64,000 nt of DNA from Spirochaetales bacterium (lineage in GTDB: Bacteria; Spirochaetota; Spirochaetia; SZUA-6; JAFGRV01): positions 3,437 to 67,436 of the forward strand of contig JAFGQK010000300.1 in assembly GCA_016935735.1 (NCBI GenBank). The letters are read 5' to 3'. Numbering within the stretch: the first letter of the stretch is position 1; each line of letters opens with the position of its first letter. Of this stretch, positions 36,750-46,129 are shown piece after piece. Under the pieces are notes generated by a model, which was not told the DNA's origin, did not search any database, and saw nothing but the letters and a program-made list of their open reading frames with translations. The position numbers and the translations under genes are program-made.

Positions 36750-38044
36750 AAAGAAGATCTTTTTTTGGATTTGATATTTTTATATTATGTGCAATGCTTA
36801 TGCTTATGGTCATCGGGGTCCTGTTTATCTATTCAAGCGGCGTTTCCTCTACAGGGATATCATATTCCGATGAATATAAAAAACAGATCGTCTGGATCGT
36901 TACCGGGATCATTCTCATGGTCTTAATAATTTCTATAAGAGTATCCCAGTTAAAAGCATTTTCTTTATATATATATGTTTTTTTTATTTTATTACTCATT
37001 CTTACCAAAATTTTCGGGAAGGTGGTAAATGGTGCCCGTTCCTGGATAGGATTCCCTGATATCGGAATTCAGCCATCTGAATTTGCAAAAATTGCCACTA
37101 TATTATTTCTTGCATTCTATTATGACTATATAGGGAAAAAGATCGTAAAACTCAAATATTTTCTCCTGGGTTTTATCATCATCTTATTCCCGGTTTCCCT
37201 TATTCTCATACAACCCGATCTTGGCACTGCAATCGTTTATTTTCCTATTTTTATTATTATGACACTTATAGCCGGTGCCCAGGTAAGACATCTGCTTTTT
37301 TTATTTCTTACAGGGGTTATCCTGATTATTCTTGTTGTCCTTCCCTATATTGAAAGCCAGATAATCAGGGAAGAATATCCTGTATTTTCCATTCTAAAGA
37401 ATATACAGGTTATTTTAATTCTTCTTGCATTTTTATTGTTAATCCTGGGCATTGCTGCATATGGTTTTTTTGCATTTAAAAAGCGGGTATTTTTCTGGAT
37501 TATGTATGGGATGTCGATTCTTACCTTTGCAATTCTGGGTTCGATCGTGCTTGGTTCATTTATTAAGGATTATCAGATTAAACGGATTATTACTTTTTTA
37601 AATCCTTATATAGACCGCCGGGATGCGGGCTGGAATATCATTCAATCTATTACTGCGATTGGTTCAGGTGGGTTATTCGGAAAGGGTTTTCTTATGGGAA
37701 CCCAGAGTCATTACCAATATCTTCCTCAACAGAGTACGGATTTTATTTTTTCGATTATCGCAGAAGAATGGGGATTTTTCGGCGGAATACTGGTGGTTAT
37801 TCTGTTTATGATTATCCTGCTGCGGGGAATATCGGTTATTTCCAATACAAATGACAGGTATGCAGTTTTTGTCGGATTGGGTATTATTACAATGATTTTT
37901 TTTCATGCTGTGATTAATATAGGTATGGCCATGGGTATTATGCCCATTACCGGAATTCCGCTTTTTTTCCTCTCTTATGGAGGATCTTCACTCTGGACAG
38001 CCCTTATCGGAATAGGTATTCTATTGAATATATCATTTAAATAA
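36746..38044 (+). CDS. rodA: Peptidoglycan glycosyltransferase RodA (SEDS family)
   Basis: 10-TM FtsW/RodA/SpoVE signature (GSGGLFGKGF, FIFSIIAEEWGF). Operon position. Confidence 0.9.
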   Translation: MKRRSFFGFDIFILCAMLMLMVIGVLFIYSSGVSSTGISYSDEYKKQIVWIVTGIILMVLIISIRVSQLKAFSLYIYVFFILLLILTKIFGKVVNGARSWIGFPDIGIQPSEFAKIATILFLAFYYDYIGKKIVKLKYFLLGFIIILFPVSLILIQPDLGTAIVYFPIFIIMTLIAGAQVRHLLFLFLTGVILIILVVLPYIESQIIREEYPVFSILKNIQVILILLAFLLLILGIAAYGFFAFKKRVFFWIMYGMSILTFAILGSIVLGSFIKDYQIKRIITFLNPYIDRRDAGWNIIQSITAIGSGGLFGKGFLMGTQSHYQYLPQQSTDFIFSIIAEEWGFFGGILVVILFMIILLRGISVISNTNDRYAVFVGLGIITMIFFHAVINIGMAMGIMPITGIPLFFLSYGGSSLWTALIGIGILLNISFK

Positions 38045-38096
38045 CGTTACCAACGGTGATTATTACTGGCGGGGTTTTACACAGAAAGTAAAAGAA

Positions 38097-38122
38097 CACC
38101 TGCAGAGCAGGTGGCTTTTTTT
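38097..38122 (+). terminator. Rho-independent terminator after rodA
   Basis: cacctgc-aga-gcaggtg stem (7 bp) followed by gc and TTTTTTT. Confidence 0.7.
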
Positions 38123-38207
38123 AAATCAAAAGAATCTGAAAGGCATAGCCTTTATAATCAATATAATAAGGAGGAAATAGACTACCTCCAAAGAAAGTGG
38201 CTTCCTT

Positions 38208-40694
38208 TTGATAATGAACTGTATTATTCCGGAAAAAGATTTATGGGACTCACTTCTCCGGGTAGAGAAACCGGGAAGATATACCGGTGGTGAGTATGGA
38301 ATAACTGCGAAACATGATAAAGCAATTCTTTATGTAGCGCTTTCGTATCCGGATCTCTATGAAATCGGTATGTCCAATCATGCCATAAGGATACTCTATT
38401 GTCTTTTAAACTCACTTCCCGGTATTTCCTGTGAGAGAGTTTTTGCCCCTGCCCCGGATTTTGAAGAAGAACTCCGAAAAAAGAACATACCTCTCTATTC
38501 CCTCGAATCGGGCCTGCCTCTTAATGAGTTTGACATTATTTGCTTTTCACTGGGATATGAGTTGAATGCAACGAATGTTCTTACCATCCTTGACCTTGGC
38601 AGGGCAGGTATCAACAATGAGGACAGAGGCGAAAGCGATCCTGTGGTCATAGCAGGGGGACCTGCCGTGACAAACCCTGTCCCATTTGCTTCTTTTATTG
38701 ATTGCTTTTTTATCGGGGAGGCAGAAGGGAAGGTAGAAGAGCTTTTTACAGGTCTTTGTTCCATTAAAAGGAAAGGTCATAACAGGCAGGAGTTACTGCA
38801 TTATATACTTCAAGAACCATCAGTCTGGAGCTCTGCAAAACCGGATCATAAAGCTTCAAAAAATATATGGATGGGTTTTTCAACCGGAACCCTGCATCAA
38901 CATTTTCCTGTCCCCAATATTTCCGTTATCCAGGATCAGGGAGTAGTGGAAATAATGCGGGGTTGTCCGAACATTTGCCGTTTTTGCCATTCGAGTATTT
39001 ATTACAGGCCTTTCCGGCTAAAAATGCCCTGTCATATCTTTTCTGAAGTTGAGCATCTTATTCTTTGCGGCGGTTACAGGCGAATAACCCTTACTTCGCT
39101 TTCCTCCGGGGATTACCGATATATTGATGAGCTTGTACGTATTCTTTCTGCCAGGTATAAACAGGCTGGGATATCCTTTTCCCTCCCGTCTTTGCGAATC
39201 GACAGTCTGGCTCTTTCTCTTTTAAAGGATATCTCCGAGGTAAGAAAAAGCGGACTCACCTTTGCCGTAGAAACTCCCGATCCCGCGTGGCAGGCAGGGG
39301 TAAATAAAAGTGTTTCCTTCGAAAAGACGATGTCCCTTTTACTGGAAGCGAGAAAGATGGGGTGGAATAAAGCCAAATTCTACTTTATGATCGGACTTCC
39401 CCTGTACCAGTGTGATGAATCAGATATGATTATTGAGTTTGCCAGAGAAGCAAGAAAAAGAACAAAGATGCAGCTTACCATCGCCATATCCACTTTTATT
39501 CCCAAACCCCATACTCCTTTTCAATGGGCTCCGCAACTTTCAGAGGATATCGCTTTTGAAAGAATTATGCATATTAAAAGGAATCTTTCTGAAAAATATT
39601 TCAAGATAAGTTATCATTCACCTTTTTCATCATTACTTGAAGGGATTATTTCCAGGGGAACAAAAGAAGTTGGAGATATTATTTTTAATGCATACAAAAA
39701 AGGTGCACGTCTGGATGCCTGGGATGATTATATAAGAAGAAGTATCTGGCGAAATGCAATCGGGGAAGCAGGGACAGATATCATTTCCGGTACTCTTGGT
39801 GCGAGAAAAAGTGACGAACCTTTACCCTGGGATTCCGTGGATCTGGGTGTATCAAAACAATATTTAAAGAATGAATGGGAAAAAGCAGTAAAGCGGGAAT
39901 ATACAGAAGCATGCAGTTCATCGTGTTCCCACCCTTGCGGAATATGCGGGAGAAAAATAAAAGTTATGGATACTATCGTAAAAAAAGAAATTACAGATCT
40001 TGAATCCCTTACCCCTTTTCGTTTGCAGGCCACTAGCCGCAAAAGGCTTCTTTTTTCCTATTCAAAGACCGATAAAGCAGTATTTTTATCTCATCTTAAC
40101 AGCATGCATATATTTGAGCGTGCATTATTGCGTGCAGGATATCTTCCTTATTTTACAAAAGGGTTTAATCCGAAACCCACCCTGGAGTTTGCATCGCCTC
40201 TTGCCCTGGGGGTTGAATCCAGGGATGAGATAGCTGCCTGTGAGATAGAGAATTTCGATTCCATAGAGAAGTTTAAAGAAAAGATCAATAACGTCTTGCC
40301 GGAAGGATTTTCTTTAGAAAAGTGTAAAGAACTTCCTTCGTATAAAAAAGGAACAAAAAAAATATCCCTTGCACGATTATACTGGGGATCTGATTATTTA
40401 CTCACCCAGGGAAAGGAAATTAAGCAGATTATCCATATTTTTTCATTGATTAATAATGTAAACGAGGAAGAGAGTGAGCTCTATGAGTTTTCACCTGCCC
40501 TTGATTCCTTTTTTATGCTGGGAAAAGATATATGTATCCGGTGGAAAAAGATAGAGAAAAAAGGATGTAATATCATTCATTTTCTGGAAAGATTAACCGG
40601 CAGACTGCATTTTGAATCCGGGATAAGGATTATACGGATGAAGACACTCATAAAGACCGGAGAAGAGCCAGGGTGTTTTTTTGATGTCCTGTGA
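38208..40694 (+). CDS. Fused radical SAM protein (TIGR03960-like N-terminal half) plus DUF2344/TIGR03936-like C-terminal half
   Basis: EKPGRYTGGEYG N-terminus. CPNICRFCH CxxxCxxC. Length 828 aa. Confidence 0.65.
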   Translation: MIMNCIIPEKDLWDSLLRVEKPGRYTGGEYGITAKHDKAILYVALSYPDLYEIGMSNHAIRILYCLLNSLPGISCERVFAPAPDFEEELRKKNIPLYSLESGLPLNEFDIICFSLGYELNATNVLTILDLGRAGINNEDRGESDPVVIAGGPAVTNPVPFASFIDCFFIGEAEGKVEELFTGLCSIKRKGHNRQELLHYILQEPSVWSSAKPDHKASKNIWMGFSTGTLHQHFPVPNISVIQDQGVVEIMRGCPNICRFCHSSIYYRPFRLKMPCHIFSEVEHLILCGGYRRITLTSLSSGDYRYIDELVRILSARYKQAGISFSLPSLRIDSLALSLLKDISEVRKSGLTFAVETPDPAWQAGVNKSVSFEKTMSLLLEARKMGWNKAKFYFMIGLPLYQCDESDMIIEFAREARKRTKMQLTIAISTFIPKPHTPFQWAPQLSEDIAFERIMHIKRNLSEKYFKISYHSPFSSLLEGIISRGTKEVGDIIFNAYKKGARLDAWDDYIRRSIWRNAIGEAGTDIISGTLGARKSDEPLPWDSVDLGVSKQYLKNEWEKAVKREYTEACSSSCSHPCGICGRKIKVMDTIVKKEITDLESLTPFRLQATSRKRLLFSYSKTDKAVFLSHLNSMHIFERALLRAGYLPYFTKGFNPKPTLEFASPLALGVESRDEIAACEIENFDSIEKFKEKINNVLPEGFSLEKCKELPSYKKGTKKISLARLYWGSDYLLTQGKEIKQIIHIFSLINNVNEEESELYEFSPALDSFFMLGKDICIRWKKIEKKGCNIIHFLERLTGRLHFESGIRIIRMKTLIKTGEEPGCFFDVL

Positions 40695-41181
40695 AAGTGT
40701 CATATTTTTTTTATTTTATTGGAAAATTGTTGAAATAAATTAAAAAGTATAGTAAAATAATTTTGTCTGCTTGTAATAGATTATTTATAAGGGGAGACAT
40801 GCCATAATAGGGGAGTCGACCGCAGAACCCTGTTGATCTGAATAAAGCAGATGTTTCCGGATACAATAGTATTCCGGTGTTTAAGGGAAGGGAATCAAGC
40901 AGGAAAATCCTTACAGGCGGGTAGAGGGGACTTCTTATATCCTTAATAATGTACGGTTTTTCATTTTTTGATTAGGGCAGCACTATAACCGTTTTGTATG
41001 TGTATTTAAAGTTTATCAGCTGAAAAATTTATACTATAAACTATCCTGAAGACTCCTGTTCAATAAACAAAAAAATACTATGTTAAATTTTGCTTTTATA
41101 ACAGAGATATACAATCATTGCAGATCACCACCTTTATAAATATGTTGTATATAAATATACATATTAACGAGGAGGTTATTA

Positions 41182-41505
41182 ATGGCAAAAATAAATAACA
41201 TTAAATATAAAATACTGTTCGAAGAAAAGATACCATACTGGTGGCGATTTGCTTATCTTATTCCTGATCCCTGGATTGAACGTCTGGTCGATATAGATCA
41301 ATTTTCTGCAATTGTCCAGGGTAAAAATACGAAGTTTGGGGAATATGTACAAAAATATGTGAAAGCTTTTATAGAAGAAGGTAAAATGCCGCCATCCACT
41401 ATTGCCGGAACGATTATAAATATTGCAGAAGATATTATGGCCGGACGTAAGCCAACAATACGTGCAGGAGATTATATAGCAATACAAAATGAGATGCGTG
41501 ATTAA
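41182..41505 (+). CDS. Hypothetical 107-aa protein (no Cys, aromatic-rich segment KIPYWWRFAYLIPDPWIERL) immediately upstream of a SPASM radical SAM gene
   Basis: Strong SD gaggagg 7 nt before the ATG. No recognisable family. Confidence 0.45.
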   Translation: MAKINNIKYKILFEEKIPYWWRFAYLIPDPWIERLVDIDQFSAIVQGKNTKFGEYVQKYVKAFIEEGKMPPSTIAGTIINIAEDIMAGRKPTIRAGDYIAIQNEMRD

Positions 41506-41569
41506 ATAGATTTAGTACTTTTTTAATGGGCAGGATAAACCCTGCCCATTATTAAAAATGGAGGCTTGA

Positions 41570-42619
41570 ATGGATTATAAGAATTTTCCTTTTGTCATTG
41601 GATGGGAATTAACACTCCGTTGTAATCTTCAATGTAAACATTGTGCATCCTCTGCCGGATATCCCAGAGATAATGAATTAACACTAGATGAATCTCTTTC
41701 TATTTGTGAACAATTACCGGATTTATTGGTGAATGAGGTTATTTTTACGGGCGGAGAACCGCTATTATATAAAAATTGGCATACCATTGCATTAGCATTG
41801 CATAATTGTGGGATAAAAACCGGTATGGTTACAAATGGTTTACTTATAGATGACAAAATAATCGAGAATATGAAAAAAAGCGGGATGAATTGTATAGGAA
41901 TCAGTATTGATGGTATTGGAGAATTACATGATCGACTCCGGTGTTTTCCCGGGGCATTTGAGAAAATTATAAAAAATATAGAAAATTTAAGGAGAAATAA
42001 TATTAATATTACAGTGATTACATCAATAACACACGAAAATATCCTGAAACTTGATGATATATATCACTTAATCACACAGTTAGGAGCCTGGAAATGGCAG
42101 CTTCAACCTATCTTCCCTTTAGGCCGGGGAAACGGGAATTCACATCTTCATTTAACAGAGGAACAATTTGTTAGTCTGGGAAAATACATCTTTCATTTAC
42201 AGCCAGTAGCATTAAAAAAAGGGTTGGAAATAGTCCCTGCCGACAGCTGCGGGTATTTTTCTTCTCTTGATATTCCTGAGTTTAACTGGCAGGGATGCGG
42301 TGCAGGCCGATTCAGTTGCGGAATTATGAGTAATGGCTATATTAAAGGTTGTCTCTCCTGGCCTGATACAATAATTGAAGGGGATCTTCGAAAGGATGAT
42401 TTATGGACTATCTGGTTCAGACCTGATTCTTTTTCAAAACAACGTTTTTTTTCAAAAGAAGACATGAACGGCAATTGCATTGATTGTGAAGTTGCAATGG
42501 AATGCGGCGGAGGATGCCAGGCAATGTCTTTAGCAAAGACCGGGATGTGGAGAGCAGATCCATATTGCTATCGTAGAATATTAAAGGAAAAGGGTACTCT
42601 TTTGAAAAATCCACATTAA
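41570..42619 (+). CDS. Radical SAM protein with C-terminal SPASM domain (PqqE/anSME-like peptide- or protein-modifying type)
   Basis: LTLRCNLQCKHC CxxxCxxC. C-terminal CGAGRFSCGIMSNGYIKGC ... CIDCEVAMECGGGCQAM. Confidence 0.8.
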   Translation: MDYKNFPFVIGWELTLRCNLQCKHCASSAGYPRDNELTLDESLSICEQLPDLLVNEVIFTGGEPLLYKNWHTIALALHNCGIKTGMVTNGLLIDDKIIENMKKSGMNCIGISIDGIGELHDRLRCFPGAFEKIIKNIENLRRNNINITVITSITHENILKLDDIYHLITQLGAWKWQLQPIFPLGRGNGNSHLHLTEEQFVSLGKYIFHLQPVALKKGLEIVPADSCGYFSSLDIPEFNWQGCGAGRFSCGIMSNGYIKGCLSWPDTIIEGDLRKDDLWTIWFRPDSFSKQRFFSKEDMNGNCIDCEVAMECGGGCQAMSLAKTGMWRADPYCYRRILKEKGTLLKNPH

Positions 42620-42790
42620 TAACTTTTGGAGGTTTGACTGTGAAAAACATCCGTTTGAAAAGGATACCTTACCTGTTTCTTTGATTATTTACCGGAAACA
42701 TTGAAAAATTCCGCCGATAGTGCTACTGTATGTAGCGATTAAGATTGCCGGCATAAAATATTTCTACGCGATTATTATTTGGAGGTAATC

Positions 42791-43588
42791 ATGAAAGTTG
42801 AAAATAAAATAATACACATTATCAAAAAAGGAATGATTTTATTTTTATTTATCATTCTTGTATTCGCTTGTGAATTCCAGGGAATAGATGAAGGAGAGAA
42901 TACCACTGGAATAACTGATGCGGATAGATCCGGGCAGCCGGATTTCACTGTTATAATCAGCCACACATATGCGGAATTGGTCATTGGCCAATACGAAACT
43001 TTCAAGGCATTTGTCATCAACTCGGGAACAGCAGCTTCCGCAACCGCAGTACTAAAATTTCAGATCGGCGGCAGTGTTACCTTTCATTCCATACCTGTTC
43101 TTCAACCGGGGGGACATTTTTCCGTATGCCGTACTGTCCATTTCGATACTGCCGGAACATATTTAGTTACGGCGATAGCGGATGTATATAATACGGTTGC
43201 GGAAAGTAATGAAACCAATAACACCAAACAGATAACGATTCCTGTAAAAGATTACGGTAAACCCGATTTGTATATCAGCACCCTCACGTATGCGGGGACC
43301 CCAAAAGTTGGAAATTTTATGAATTTCATCATCCAGGTCAAGAATAACCTGTTTTGCGGGATGTCTCCGGCCACGAGAGTAAATGTGCGGATAGGTGGGG
43401 AAACATTCGGACAATTTTACAATATTCCGGCACTCGCCCCGGGACAGGGGTATAACCTCTCAAGAGGCTGGACGCCGTCTGTAGCAGGGAATTTTCGAAT
43501 TACGGCTGTAGCCGATGCAGACAATGATGCGAGTGAAAAGAGTGAAAGCAACAATACGAAATACATATCTGTTCAGGTGACAAATTAG
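42791..43588 (+). CDS. Lipoprotein with two CARDB-like beta-sandwich domains
   Basis: Lipobox LVFAC. Two internal repeats ending ESNETNNT / ESNNTKY typical of CARDB domains. SD ggagg 7 nt before the ATG at 42791. Confidence 0.5.
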   Translation: MKVENKIIHIIKKGMILFLFIILVFACEFQGIDEGENTTGITDADRSGQPDFTVIISHTYAELVIGQYETFKAFVINSGTAASATAVLKFQIGGSVTFHSIPVLQPGGHFSVCRTVHFDTAGTYLVTAIADVYNTVAESNETNNTKQITIPVKDYGKPDLYISTLTYAGTPKVGNFMNFIIQVKNNLFCGMSPATRVNVRIGGETFGQFYNIPALAPGQGYNLSRGWTPSVAGNFRITAVADADNDASEKSESNNTKYISVQVTN

Positions 43589-44114
43589 AACACTGTTATG
43601 TGACAGATGAATGGTAAGGGTTATCTTATTCATACTGCAATCATACCTCAACGAAAGTCGAGGCACGATAGTAATGGTAAATGAAAAGGGGCGGTGGAGA
43701 GGATATTCCTTTCTGTCGCTCCTTTGTTTTGTCGTAACAATGCTGCCCCGGCCCGGTAACGGTATTCTTAAAAAAATGATAAGCCAGGAAAAAAATTATA
43801 TAAAAATAATAATCAGCTCTATAATTCTTATAATCATATCTTGCATTAGTGGAAGCAGCCTGCTATAGTATTTTGTATACAGGGTTTTACCTGGAAGATC
43901 ATACTGGATTTTTTGTGAAATTGCCATTGCTGCCTGTAATCCCGGGATTAAATCTTCTGTTCGGATTTCCTCTTTTATGAGGAGCTATCGATCTGTGCAA
44001 TAATTAAGGAAGAAGATGATTATTATACAAATGACATTGCGGCAGGGTATTATAGCGCTTCTTTTTGAAACCGTAAGAATGGTAATACCCCGGAATTAAC
44101 AAAGGGGGTCGATA

Positions 44115-44936
44115 ATGGACAGGGCAAAAATAAAGTTTAAGCAGGAAAAGGAAACCCTACTCATTCCACTTTACTGTAAGTATCTGGAAAGCCGGAAAGT
44201 ATTACCGATTATTAAAGATGAAAAGGCAATCGAAATAGTAAACAGTATTGACTATGATTTTGAACACCTCGAGATTCCTGAACAAACATACGTTACTATT
44301 TGTATAAGGGCTAAGCAATTTGATAAGTATGCCAGGAATTATTTGATGAAAGTGCCTGACAGTGTTTTCATTCATCTGGGATGTGGCCTCGATAGCCGGT
44401 TTCATCGTGTCGATAATAATAACGTTGAATGGTATGATCTGGATTTTTCGGAGGTTATCGAAATAAGAAAATATTTTTATAATGAGAGTGATAAATATCA
44501 TTTCATTTCATCATCTGTAATGGAATTGAACTGGTTGGAAAAAATAAACCCTGAAAACAGACAGATAATAATTCTGGCAGAAGGTTTGTTTATGTATTTA
44601 AAAGAGGAAGAAATAAAATTATTATTTAAAGCTATTAAAAATAAATTTTCTAAAAGCATTATTATTTTTGACTGTTATAGTGAAATAACAGCAAAAGGTA
44701 TTAAAAATCATCCGTCAATAAAAAGGACCGGGGCAGTAATTAATTGGGGAATAAATAATGCAAAAGAGATTGAATCATGGGATGATAACATACATCTTAT
44801 TGAAGAATGGTATTTTACGCAGTCTGAAGAACTGAGTAAACTGGATTCAGGCTATAGAGTTTTATTTAAAATTATGGGATTATTCCCATTGGCAAAAAAA
44901 GCACATAGGATATTAGTATTTCAATTGGGAATGTGA
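44115..44936 (+). CDS. Class I SAM-dependent methyltransferase of the TcmP/leucine-carboxyl-methyltransferase-like family
   Basis: LIPLYCKYLES ... VFIHLGCGLDSRFHRV ... ILAEGLFMYL, resembling PF04072-type O-methyltransferases. Confidence 0.5.
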   Translation: MDRAKIKFKQEKETLLIPLYCKYLESRKVLPIIKDEKAIEIVNSIDYDFEHLEIPEQTYVTICIRAKQFDKYARNYLMKVPDSVFIHLGCGLDSRFHRVDNNNVEWYDLDFSEVIEIRKYFYNESDKYHFISSSVMELNWLEKINPENRQIIILAEGLFMYLKEEEIKLLFKAIKNKFSKSIIIFDCYSEITAKGIKNHPSIKRTGAVINWGINNAKEIESWDDNIHLIEEWYFTQSEELSKLDSGYRVLFKIMGLFPLAKKAHRILVFQLGM

Positions 44937-45196
44937 ATGAATGTACCAGTTCAATCAGCCTCATTTCCAAAACTGCTGATTTCCGCTCACTTTCATTGCT
45001 GGGATTAATTACACCACCACGAACAGGGGTAAAGGAATATGTGCAACTCCGGCTACAAAGCCACTTTATTATATCAGGCGACCCTGCAAATCATTCCGGA
45101 TTATCAATCCGCGAACTCTTTATGACAGATGAAATCTATATAAATGATATAATAATAGGTTCATTAACCTTAAAGGTGCAAAACAAGGAGGATATT

Positions 45197-46072
45197 ATGA
45201 ACAATTTTATTATTGATAAAGAGAGATGTACGAAATGCGGACTATGTTCTGCAATCTGTGTGGATAATACCATTACTCAAAAAGGGAATGATTTCCCTTA
45301 CATAGACTCTGAAATAAACTGTAAATCCTGTGGGCATTGCATTGCGATTTGTCCTAATAATGCGATCATGCATAAAAACATGGATATGAAGAGTTTTTTC
45401 CCCATTACAAATGGTATCACAGGGAATCAACTGAAGAATTTTCTCTTATCTAAACGTTCCGGGAGACATTACCTGGATAAACCGGTTGATAGTACGACAA
45501 TAAATAAAATTCTTGAGGTTGCAGCGATGGCTCCTACGGCGAAAAACAGGCAATGGCGCAGTTTTATTGTACTTACAGATAGAGAAAAAATCAGAGAACT
45601 TGAAAAATTACTTTTGCACAATGTCAAAAAGATGATAAGCCAGTTACGCTTTGCAGCCGGCACATTAGGGAAGTTACTCATTAAAGATCCCTATGCAAGG
45701 GAACTTTTGGGATTTTTACACAGGGACAGTGAAGAATTAATAAAAGAGGAAAACAGGGAAAAATCCCTCATTTTTTATAATGCCCCCTGTATTATTTTTA
45801 CCTATGCCTGGCACGATAACGGGATGGGGGGAGACGTCTTTGCCAGGGAGCATTGTGACTATATGGCAAGCTATGTGATGTTGCAGGCCCATGCCATGGG
45901 ATTAAGTACATGCCTGATAGGTTATGCATCAACTGTTCCCAAAATATTACAAAAATTCCTGAAAGTCCCTAAAGGATATAAGGTATATAATGTCATTACC
46001 CTTGGTTACCCGAAATATCGATTCAGGCGGACAGTACCCAGAAAACCGGCATATGATATTTTATGGATTTAG
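45197..46072 (+). CDS. Ferredoxin-domain / nitroreductase-family fusion protein
   Basis: 2x CxxCxxCxxxCP ferredoxin motifs (CTKCGLCSAICVDN, CKSCGHCIAICPNN). Nitroreductase-like RRSGRHYLDKPV ... segment. Start placed at the ATG 8 nt after aaggagg. The listed ORF extends to a GTG at 44933. Confidence 0.65.
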   Translation: MNNFIIDKERCTKCGLCSAICVDNTITQKGNDFPYIDSEINCKSCGHCIAICPNNAIMHKNMDMKSFFPITNGITGNQLKNFLLSKRSGRHYLDKPVDSTTINKILEVAAMAPTAKNRQWRSFIVLTDREKIRELEKLLLHNVKKMISQLRFAAGTLGKLLIKDPYARELLGFLHRDSEELIKEENREKSLIFYNAPCIIFTYAWHDNGMGGDVFAREHCDYMASYVMLQAHAMGLSTCLIGYASTVPKILQKFLKVPKGYKVYNVITLGYPKYRFRRTVPRKPAYDILWI

Positions 46073-46129
46073 TTTAAAGTAATAAAACGAGAAAAGTAAT
46101 ATAATGGCAGTAAAACAACCAAATAACAT

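Noticed and set aside
38111-38293. 60-aa ORF overlapping the start of the 828-aa radical SAM gene
   Set aside because: It overlaps the better-supported start at 38208 in a different frame, and most of it covers the rodA terminator region. Likely spurious.
44933-45196. N-terminal 88-codon extension of the ferredoxin-nitroreductase ORF (GTG start at 44933)
   Set aside because: A strong SD (aaggagg) sits 8 nt before the internal ATG at 45197, where the ferredoxin domain begins. The upstream extension has no SD and overlaps the preceding gene's end. Treated as read-through of the ORF finder.
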